The position numbers and the translations under genes were made by a program. From Utricularia gibba (lineage: Eukaryota; Plantae; Magnoliophyta), in the NCBI GenBank assembly GCA_002189035.1, contig NEEC01000020.1, positions 1,674,001 to 1,738,000 of the forward strand: a stretch of 64,000 nucleotides of DNA. Reading direction: 5' to 3'. Shown here piece after piece: positions 24,383 to 35,144 of this stretch; positions within the stretch are counted from its first letter, which is position 1, and each line of letters begins with the position of its first letter. The notes under the pieces are model-generated. The model did no database searches, had not been told where the DNA came from, and saw only the letters and a program-made list of their open reading frames with translations.

Positions 24383-25949
24383 CCTTTTCCATCATGCTTT
24401 ATTATTTAGGATTTTATCTCATCTTTTTATTGTCACTTTTTAATTGATTTTGAAGATTTACAATATCATAATAATATATATTTTTTGTTGTGATGTGTTT
24501 TGGAATCATGCATTTTTCTTGTTGGATCTGAATTTATTCTATTTAAATAAGAATGATCACTTCAATGATAAGTTTGAAAATTTCAAAATGATAGTAAGAT
24601 TGATAAATAATTGTTTTGATATTGAATTGAAAATAATAGCAATATTTCATTCACATGTTATTTTTATAAAAATAATGCTCAAGTTCAATTCGACTGATGG
24701 GAGTGATGTTGCAAGTTCGATTGCAACGAATTCTCTAACCATTTATCAAATTGTAATATCAAATCATAAGGATAGATCAAAATAGCAATTATTACATATA
24801 TATCTTTAAGTCTTTTAAACTTGTGAATTCATTTACTTTTATGTATTAATTATCTTATTATTAAACTATAATTTTTTAATATTTCATTATTATTACTACG
24901 TATTCAGGTAGTACTGAATTGATTCTGGTGCAACAAATTCAAATAAAAAAACTCTTATAAATTCGCTCACGCATATAAAGGAATCTGTGCTTTTTTTCAA
25001 GAGGGCTTCTACAATGAATTAGAATAGTTTGTTGTCAATTAAGCCATCAGAAAATGATACGTTATGAAATAAATTAATGGAAAATTTGGTTAAGAGAACA
25101 TTATCAATACAAGATATATGATATCAAACGATCTTGATAAAAACCAAAAATTTCATTAAATATAGTTCATCAACCTCATATGATTTAAAAGGAAATTTTG
25201 AGTAAATGGGATTCAGATGAAGAAGATCAATTATAATTAATTCCTTTAAAAAATTGAAATATATTCATTAGATAATAAAAAAGATAATTTTGAAAAGATT
25301 GCTAATTAGAGTATTTTAGTATATAAATTGTAAATGAAAAAGAATTCTTTTTTCTAGAATAGCGTTATAGACAAATAATAACCAAAAGATTATTTAAATA
25401 CGCCTAAACGAACATTTATTGAATATTAAAGAATCTAACTATTTGAAATTATTGAGATAATATATTATATAGAAAAAAATACGTTGATAAAAAATATTAT
25501 GATTTTCATATCTTCAAACTTGATATTAGATATAAAAATATAAGGTTACTACCAAAATCAATATATATTTATGTATATGTATGTATATATAAATACTCAA
25601 ATTTATGGAAATAAATTAAAAAGAATTCCTATTTTTTTAAGCTTTTGGAAATAAAGCAAACAATACAAGTGTTCAAAAGTATCCGGATGAATGCAGAAAA
25701 GATAAATGATGGCATAAGAAATTCTGAATTTTTGTTCTTCTCCTAATTTATTTTCTTGTGTAAGATATATATAAAAAAACCGTAGTTTATTCCAAGCAAA
25801 TTGCTTCGTTTAAATAAATGAAAAAATAAGAGCAAAAATTTAAAAAGAAAAGAAAAGAAAAGAAAAACTTTTGATTAATATAGAACAAAATCCAAAACCA
25901 TGATAAAACCAGGATTTCATTCATTCAACTCGTTCAAATCTTACACAGG

Positions 25950-27080
25950 TGTCTATTTATACATGTAATGGATATCCGATTTCTTGCAGCATGTAAGATA
26001 CACTTCAACTCCCACGGCATGGTTGCCATGCTTCTGTACTCCTTTGCCGATGGCATTGACACTGCCGCTTCCTACTTTATTTTCCAGGGCAGATTCAAAA
26101 AATATGGGATATCTAGTGAAGGATCTTCCAGTTAACGAACATGCTGACCAATGGGAGTCATAAAATGCTCTCAATGATTTTGTTCTTCTCGTGGATAGAA
26201 CAGTCTCTTGTCAAGTGTTTTTCTCAAGTATTTCACTATCCAAAACGCTACCCGCTAGTGTTCTTTGCACAGTTCTTGCATGTATTGGCTAAGTGTCTAT
26301 ACATAATACAAGTTTTATGTTGACTTTAAAGATAACCGACAGTCTCCATCTTTGAGGTAACTTACTTATTCCATTCCCTCGAGGCCTTTAGCCCATAAAT
26401 TGGTTTCAACAACTTCCAAACTTTGTTACTCGTAGGATAGCTAGTTTGCCATGAAGAAACACGTGGTTTACATCTACATGATATAAAAGCTAGTTATGTG
26501 CTACAATGCAACATTACTCTAACACTAGTGATTTTAGCAACGAGTGAAAAACTTTTTTTAAAATCTTGTCCTTTTTGGGAATAGGCTTCTCTTCGACTTT
26601 GATAGCATATTTCCAAAGGCTTTCCTTGGACTTTCATAGCATATCTCCATCATGGATCATCTAGTGTCTCTTCAAAGGTATTGGATTCCTATTGTGCAGA
26701 ATTACATACGCACAATGGATGATTGAAATTCTGCATGGGCTATTCCAGAGATGAATCTCATTTCATTTTGATCATTTGAACAAGTTTTGTTGTGCCTCTG
26801 CATCTTTTTATATGAGATTTGGCTGAGATGATTCTCATAAATATTATGATTTTGCATCAGATTGATCTCTAGAATTATCTTGAAATAATTGAGTGTCCAA
26901 TAATGACATCATACAAAAGCCTTCACTTGTTGCGTGGAAGGCTTTGTAGGGGACTAACTCTTCATTGAAGACTACATCTCTAGACCGCGGTAAGACCTGT
27001 TGTTCTCGATCAAAAATTTTGTACCCCTTTTTCCTAGTTGCATATCCTATAAATACTCCTTTTTTTCCTCTTGCTCCAGG
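25950..27080 (-). mobile_element. Ty1/copia remnant (integrase C-terminus, RT, RNaseH; internally deleted)
   Basis: Minus strand reads [19 protein letters not shown]...[34 protein letters not shown] and SAKEYRSMAT...SYMLQEIG. Confidence 0.75.
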
Positions 27081-27255
27081 TGTAACAGGTTGGGATTATT
27101 TAGGTACTATTTTCAAAGAAGCCATAAGCGTAAATGGATCCAAACAGCTAGGAAATATTCAACCACCTAAAAGAGTTAGTGATATAAGAGCTATTATGTT
27201 GGAGTTAAGTCGCATCGCTTCCCGTTTGTTGTAGCTTGGACTTTTTAAGGTAGAT
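27081..27255 (+). pseudogene. ndhH: Nuclear plastid DNA fragment (NUPT) of ndhH
   Basis: [57 protein letters not shown] vs recalled plastid Ndh[59 protein letters not shown]. Confidence 0.88.
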
Positions 27256-28150
27256 GCTAACAGGATTCACATGCTGCGTATTTATTTTCCACATTTTAAA
27301 AGCCACTTTGCACGCAGAAACTTTACTAAATTCACTAGGAAATAAAGCATGATTCAAGATACTTGAACATCTAGCATTCAATAAAATGGCTCGAATTTTT
27401 TCTGGTGTTATGGGGGGTTTAAACATGTCATCAATTAATCCTTCACCCAAAACAATACAGTCATATAGAGTCAAATCTTAATTGATAGTACGTGAGTTTG
27501 AGTGCTTTCTAGTAAGTGTAATTAGTGCCATCAAATAAATACTGTTTTGTATACAAAAATCCATTCGAAGATGTTTTGAAGGTTGTGATTGAAGTTTTCA
27601 GATTATTATCACCCATTTTTTGAAAACTTTCAAAGTAGAGCAGGTATATAATCAAGAAGCATGTACTACAGCATCTCTACCACTTGATAGAATTTTATGT
27701 ATTTGATCTAATTATCGTTAAATTGTGTTCTTAAGACAAACAAACACCACAACACATTTAATATGGTTCAACTCACGAATTCTATGGTAACCCAAGGTTA
27801 CAATAACAAACTGAGGGTATTCCACTAAAACCTATAGATTTTATAACAATAGATTAATTAGTAGGTTTTACAGACATGAAATAGATGAGTCCAGTCAAAG
27901 CACATATAAATATCTAAAAGATGAAAAGAGAACCTGATTTGAGGACTTGTCAGAGAATCCCTAAAACACACGTGTAGAGGTAGAATTGTTGTCAAGATTC
28001 TCCTTGTTCAGCAGAGTTGAGGTACCTAGCTAAGGAGAAAAACTGTCTCGCGCAGAGCAACACGTATATCCCTACTTCTTGTGTCTCAAAAAGAATCACA
28101 TGGAGGAGACAATAAAATGGGCTTATTATATTTTTAACAAATAAAGCATG
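27256..28150 (-). mobile_element. Sirevirus-like copia 5' end: LTR remnant, degenerate PBS, gag N-terminus
   Basis: Minus strand reads YLFDGTNYTY*K and AILLNARCSSILNHALFPSEFSKVSACKVAFKMW (cf. SIRE gag LNAKAMNILYCAL..EFNRVSAC.TAKEIW). PBS-like AGTGGTAGAGATGC lies next to an LTR end at ~27685. The outer boundary is approximate. Confidence 0.6.
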
Positions 28151-30324
28151 GCTCAAACACATATTATCTAATTGAAAAGCCAAGTGCTGCACTTCACACT
28201 TATATACATTCTTTTCCCTTGTAATTAAATGGGAAACTTCAACAATTTCATCGAAGGTACTCCAAATGTTTTTCATGTCAATAGACATGGTAATTGTGCC
28301 AAACCACACGACCCCATTCTTTCAAATTAAAAATATCACGACAATGTGCATTGGAAGTGCGTTCCAAATTTAAAAAAATTACAATGCGGTGCTTATAATT
28401 TTTTACAAAATTAAAAATATTACAAGCACTGCAAATGTATGTTTGTAGTGATTGACTATTCATAACAAAAAATTTCAAGTACTACGAATGTGTATTGCGA
28501 TGCTGACACTTTTTTAATAAAAAAATATAAAAAACAATACAAATATGCATTTCCGTGATTGCCCATTTATAAGAAAATATTTTTTTTAAAAAAAAGTTAG
28601 GATCGTACAGATTGCACTAAACTGCGCGAGATCCTCTGAATTTGGAAATATCACAAGCATTGCAAATATTCAGTATGGTGGTTGCCCCTTTATAAAAAAA
28701 AATTACAAGGACCACAAATGTGCATTGTGGTGATTATGCTTTTTTTTATATAAAAACTAGAAATATCAAAAATATTACAAATGTGCATTTGCAATGTTTG
28801 CACATTTATGAAAAAAATATTTTTTTAAAAAAATAAGTTTGAGATTGTGCAGAATACACTGAACCGCACGGTCCTATTGTGTCAAATTTGTAATATCATA
28901 CATATTGCAAATGTGCATTTACGATGCTTGTAAATTTAAAAAATAATTACAAGCATCACAAATATGTATTGTGGTGCTTATGCTTTTTTATAAAAAACTA
29001 AAAAAAAATTACAAGTATCACAATGTTTTAAGTGCTTGCTTTTTTATAAAAAAAGAAAAAAATCCAAACACTGCAAACGCATCTTTGCGGTTCTTATCCA
29101 TCTATTAGATTGCAATAAGATTGTATTAGATTTATCGGTCATAACAATGTGCCAAGTTACAATATGCTTGTCTTTTACAATTTAAATATCCGCTTTGTCT
29201 TTTAAAATTACAATACGATTGTTGTTATAATAAGAAACAGCCCCTACACAATCGATGAGCATGGTATGGCTCTAACAAGCCTTCCATTAAGATTCAAGTG
29301 GTCGGCGAGTGATCACGCGAAAGCTCCATCGGGCATCATCAATAAAATATTGTGTTATTCTTGAACATTATTCTCTAATAATGACCTGTCAATTCAATTA
29401 ATTTGGCTTTTATTTAGATAAAGTTTCAGAATAAGTTAAAGACCATTCTTGAAAAATATATTGTGTTATTATGACAAAATGTTATTTATATTATTTTTAA
29501 ATTTACATTCTACTTATCCAAATGTTATATTGTCTCTCAACCATGATGCAAGCGTCTCTTATGGCTGAAGGATCATTTACCAATTTCTTAATCTTCTTTG
29601 GCTTCTATAGCTCCTTCACCACTTAAATCAAAATTTCATTAGATATATTGATGATTTTGTTATTTTCATATGGTTTATCTTTTTTAATGCTTCGAGAATG
29701 GGAATGATGTGCATGGTGTGATGGGGTCTGCCTGCATACTTTTGTTAGCTTCATAGATTGCAATCCATGAAGCTAATAAACCTAAAGGCAAATGTGGCCA
29801 CCTTGGCAAATGTGATGACCAAATCCAAATAATTACATTCTTCTTTTCCCTTATAATTAAATGGAAAACTTCAAAGATTTCATTGAAGTTCTTTCAAATA
29901 TTTTTCTTGTTAATCAACATGGTGATTTATTAAAAAATGTTTTTTTAAAAAAATACATTGGGCGCAATAAATCCCATGAGAGAATGGGGTATTCTCTCAA
30001 ATTAAAAATATCACAACAAATGTGCATTGACAGTGCCTTCACAATATTTTTAGAACAATTACGATGGGCGGTTATGTTTTTTATAAAAAAAATTACAAAT
30101 ATTACAAGCACTGCAAATGTATGTTTGTGGTGCTTGTCCATTTATAAAAAAAAATTGCAACTACTGCAAATGTATGTTGGTGTGCGTATACTTTTTTTTA
30201 TAAAATTAAATAAAAATATCAAAAAATAGTTCAGATGTGCATTTTCCATGCTTGCCCATTAATAAAAAATAATTAATTTTTCTAAAAAAGAAAAAGAAGT
30301 TAGGGAGTTCTCTCAATTTAAGTA

Positions 30325-30702
30325 TTGTCTACACAACTTATTTTTTATTTTATGATTTAAGGTAAAAATTAAAATTACTGATCATAGATTATCTCGATTT
30401 TTACTTATCTGTAAATTCTAATCAAATTTTTATTTTTCTACTTACTTTAAAGTTGACTACATTTCTACTTCAAACCCAACTTATATTATAAGTTATGTTT
30501 ATCCTACTTATTAAAATAAGTCACTAACTTGTTCGACAAACCTCACCTCCAGCACACTAGATTTGAGCAAGACCGAAACACATTGTTTCTTTGTTGATAA
30601 ATAATAAGCTACACAAACGACATTTATTTATTTGGGTTCTACTTATCTACTAACTTGTATTTATAAATTGAATTAAAGTTATGAAATAAGCTGTCCAGAC
30701 TA
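30325..30702. mobile_element. MITE-like insertion (~380 bp, Tourist/Harbinger-like)
   Basis: Imperfect TIRs TTGTCTACACAACTTATTT vs revcomp of AAATAAGCTGTCCAGACTA (15/19). The segment is absent from the matching position of the unit copy near 36950. Confidence 0.5.
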
Positions 30703-31676
30703 TACCCTTGATAACAACATAAGCATTGCAAATATGCTTTGTTGATGTTTATCCGTTTATAAAAGAACTACAAGCACCACAAATATACATTGCAGTGCTT
30801 TGTAAATGTGCACATTTAAGAAAAAAAAAATTATTTTTAAAAACAAAATACGTTGGGATTGTGTAGATTGCACAAGTAATACCTTCAAATTCTTAATATC
30901 ATAAATATTGCAAAATATGTGCTTGCGGTGCTAATCCATTTATATAAGAAATTGCAAACACCACAAATATACATTCAGTGCTTACATCTTTTTATAAATG
31001 TGCGTTTGTGATGCATATCTATTTAAAAAAAAAAAATTTGCAAGCACCGCACATGTGCATTGCGGTGCTTAGTATTTTTTTATAAACAAAACTAAAAAAA
31101 ACCGCAAGTATCACAGTTGTGTTTTCAGTGCTTACTCTTTTACAAAAAAAAAAAAAAAATCCAAACAACAATTGTTTTTTTTAATAACTGATCAAGAAGA
31201 CAACTTTTATAATAGTTTATTATGTTTGGGTCATGCAACTTAAATTTGCACAACTCGACTTATTCTATTTAACATCGTTTTATTAATTTTATTTTTATAA
31301 TTAAAAATATCACATCAATTTTTATGTAATAAGACTATATTAGAGTTATCGAGTGTAAAACTGAGCCAACTCAAAATATGCTTGCCCTTTACAATTTAAA
31401 TATGTGCATTATCTTTGCAATGATCGGGTATGAAGGTATAATTCATGATAATAATATACTGTGAGATTGTTTAAGCGATGAGCTAGAATGTGATTAACAA
31501 CAATGGCCTCCCAATAAGATTTAAGTGGTCAGTGAGCGGTTGCATGAAAGCTTCAATCGTAGTCATCAACAAAATATTGTATTATTCTTGAACAATGTAC
31601 TCTAGCAATGGACTTCCATTTACGTTAGTCTAGTTTTTATTTGGATAATATTGCAGAAGAAATTAAGGAGTATTCT

Positions 31677-32997
31677 TGTTAATCGTCATTTTTTTACTAT
31701 TTCTTAGGCTGCTTTTACGTCTAAATGTTATTAGAAGTGTCTAATTAGTAGTTTATAATATGAGATTTATGTTTTTATCTAGTTTAGGGTAATTATCCTA
31801 AATTTTGTATTTTATCTATTAATTTTACTTGTTTTAATTGAGTTTTTCTAGAGACGCACACGTGGCAGCAAGTGAGAGAAAGAGGGTATCAGATGGCGAC
31901 AAATTGGATCTTCCCGAGCTGACACTCCCTTGATTTCCGAAAGACTACAGACGCTTAATCATGAGCCTTGACGTGTGGAACACGGGAATCTCTGACAGGC
32001 GACATCATTAGCGTATCAGTGTCAGACGTTGCTTGCAAGTCATCCCAAGTTCAGCAGAATCACAGAAATCTCAGACTCTCATTGAAGTTCCATTCTTTTA
32101 AGACGAAAAGGAGTTGGTTTAGTTTCCCCCTTTGTTTTTCTCTCTCTACAGGATTTTTCCTCTAGCTTCTCTCTAGAACTTTGTTTTTCTTTTTTTTAGT
32201 TTGTATGACCGTTCGCGGTTAGAAACTTCTGTTTCTAGGTTGGAATACCACCAGATCTATATTTCGTTAGCTTATCTTTACATTTTTTTTGAATCCGAAC
32301 GGGTTTCGTATATCTTCGCACGACTATGTTGCAGTCTTTCTGTAACAGTCCTCTTATTCAAGGTTCATGGTTAGCTGATCACTACCTGTGGATTTTGGAG
32401 AGGAGCAAGGTGGAAAGCACCAACTCGACCCCTTTTGGTTGGAAGAAGACAACGTTTTGTCTGTAGCCGTACCTCAAGATCAATGGACAGGTAGTGACCT
32501 CGTATCTGGACTCATTGGGTCATTGGCAACACTCAGCATACGTGCACAATTCGGCTGTGAGGGTATGCTAGCAGGACCTCTTATTCTCATGTTCGTCTAA
32601 GGAGAAGCAATATTGGGCTATTCCCGTGCCTTCTTGCAAGAGAGTGTAAAGGAGGGTAGCCAAACCCAGTACTCAAGAAGACCAGAGAAGAGTGAAGACG
32701 CAACGAACATAGCTGGATAGGATTCCAAACCCAAGAACATTTACTTTATTTAAGGTTCATCGCTTACGTTTATTTCAGTTGTTTATCCAAACCCCATCTT
32801 ATTGCCTTACTCAAGCTTCATCACCAACGTTTCTCGCACCATTTAATTTCAAAACCGTTTACAAATCATGACAGTTGTATTTGGGGTACCTCACCTTTCA
32901 CTTAAAAACAACTCCCTGTGTTCGACACCCGTACTACATTTTTGTGTTTTACGAGTTTTAAAAGTATTAAAATTTGTTGTGGAAACGACACACATCA
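31677..32997 (+). mobile_element. Solo LTR of family A (1321 bp)
   Basis: Reverse complement of LTR 2811-4162; TGTTAA...CATCA; TSD ATTCT at 31672-31676 and 32998-33002. Confidence 0.93.
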
Positions 32998-33039
32998 ATT
33001 CTTGTGGAAGACATTGCATTATTTGGACAAAATTTCATT

Positions 33040-33235
33040 TATATTGTTATGAATATGTTATATGTTCATTTTACTTCTTCAAATGAGATAGAGAAGTAAA
33101 ATGAAAAATGAGAAGTAAAGCACAAATTTTCTAAATCTTGGATGAAAATTTCTTTTACCCATTTCGTTAGGTAATTTATTATGTAACACTTTATTACAGC
33201 TTTTTTTATCATATAGGATTGGACTATTTTTTTAA
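33040..33235. repeat. ~200-bp segment duplicated at ~37410-37610
   Basis: TATTGTTATGAATAT...AAGTAAAATGAAAAATGAGAAG...TTAGGTAATTTATTAT...TATAGGATT is present in both places. Confidence 0.75.
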
Positions 33236-33523
33236 AAAAAAATAAGTCGGGTCATGCAGATTGCACTATGATTCTCTCAATTTGGCAATATCACAAGGAT
33301 TGCAAATGTGCATTGGTGGTGCTTGTCCATTTATAAAAAGATTATAAGGTCCACAAATGTGCATCGTGATGGTTATGCTTTTTTATATTAAAATTAGAAA
33401 TATCACAAGTATTATAGATGCCCATTTGTGATGTTTGCACATTTATGAAAAAAATATTTCTTTTAAAAAAAAGTAAGTTGAGATTGTGCAGAATGCAATA
33501 AACCGCACCATCCTATCCCCTGA

Positions 33524-35144
33524 TGTTACTTATGGTGTAGATGATACGGGACAGCCTGCTAGTTCTAGCCATTCCCAATCAGAATCAAATGCTAAATCGA
33601 AAAGTATTTCTAACCAAAAGGGGAGTTGTCTGGAACTTTTAGTTGCAACAAGTTATAGTTCTCCACTCTTACACTAAGATTTTTCATTTTAATATGAGAT
33701 CCGGTTCAAGCATGAAACCCTCAAGTTCTTTCTCAGCCATAGCAAAATTCAACAATACTAACTGTCCAAATACAAATTGACATTCTACATACATGATGGA
33801 GGATTCCAAATTTTAAAACCTCATCTTTCCATATTTGCCTAAACAAAAATATATATGGGTTCAAGCTTTATTCAAACATCAGGAAACATCATTTATAGCA
33901 GCCATACACCTGCTCATAAACATGTACTAATGAAAATTCGAGCTTATCAAAACCTAGAACAAAAACTCATACTTTCAGTTACTTATTTCACTCCTCAATC
34001 CTGGAACAAGAGTTTTCAAACAGGAAACATGGTCAGACTTTGGCTAGCAGTTCAAAGCAGCAAATAAAAAAAATATAAAGAACAAATTGAAGAAGAGAAC
34101 TAAATTAGAGAAAATCATACAAGAGTCCCCATTTATCTATATGTCCATATGATCCAAATTTGGCTTAGGCATTCACCAAAACACAGATGAAACAGATCAT
34201 ATAGCCATCATTTAGTATAACTTGGTTCAAGGGAGCCACCCATTCAAACCAAAACATATGCGAAAATCAAGCACTTTCACATAAATCACACAAAGTGACA
34301 AGCTAGCACATATTTTGACTCTCTATTTCTATATAGTGCCTCAGACATGTCTAAGTAACATAACAAAACATCCCATGGATACACAATCCAAGTTGCTCCG
34401 ATATATGCGTCCATACCTCAACATATTTTCCTATTTAAGCACACATTGAGCACTTACTGATGTTTTAGTTGTAACTCTTAGGTTTGACATCCAAATCAGT
34501 GCCATTTGAAAGCTAACAGATAGAGGAAGAGTTCAGAGAAATCACTTAAATTGCAGCTGCCAATCAAAAGTGATGAATTTTAAAAGTAGGGACTCAAAAC
34601 AGTTTTGGCAACTGTGATAGCCTTACGAGTAAAATGCATAAGTCCCTAAACTGTAAACTAATTTGAACGATTCTAAAAGTTTCAGAAACTCGATTCAAGG
34701 TTATAAAACTTTCATGAGTTCAGACGTTCAAAATTCCAAGGAAACGGTCGGAAAATTACAAACAAAACAGACTACAGAAACTGCCACCAGTTTTTACTTT
34801 TGTAAAACGAAATGGAGTGAAGAATTCACATCTGACAATTCCCTTGGAATTTTCAAGTGACTCCAAAAACTGAAGATTACACAACAGTTCTGTTCTTTCC
34901 CAATTACCAAGTTCAACCTTCTTGCTGCCGTTTTCATCTTGGTTCGAAATCCAACTCCACCGCTGATATTAGCTTGCACTTGGGTTACGTCTATAAAACC
35001 ACATGGTCCTATCCCCTTTGTCCATATATCTTACTTACTCAACTCTCTAACTTTCTTTTTATTCATATGTTTCTCATAAATAATATCCATGGATTTAAAG
35101 CATAACATATTTAAATAATAACAAAAAAAATCCAGGCCTTAACA
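33524..35144 (-). mobile_element. Solo LTR, Tekay/Del-like (1621 bp)
   Basis: TGTTA...TAACA inverted termini; TSD CCTGA at 33519-33523 and 35145-35149. The flanks rejoin into the palindrome unit. Lineage and strand are inferred from the TGTTAAGGCCTGG start. Confidence 0.82.

Noticed and set aside
25953-26174. 73-aa ORF that looks like a host exon
   Set aside because: Other frames of the same sequence carry copia RNaseH motifs (EYRSMAT...SYMLQEIG).
29400-29640. F-box- or LRR/PPR-like readings of the repeat unit (e.g. ISNEILI.VVKEL...NDPSAIRD; 105-bp spacing of CTCTAACAATG at 35863/35968)
   Set aside because: Stops are shared between copies, spacing is inconsistent (105 vs 111 bp) and motif matches are weak. 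It cannot be supported by eye.
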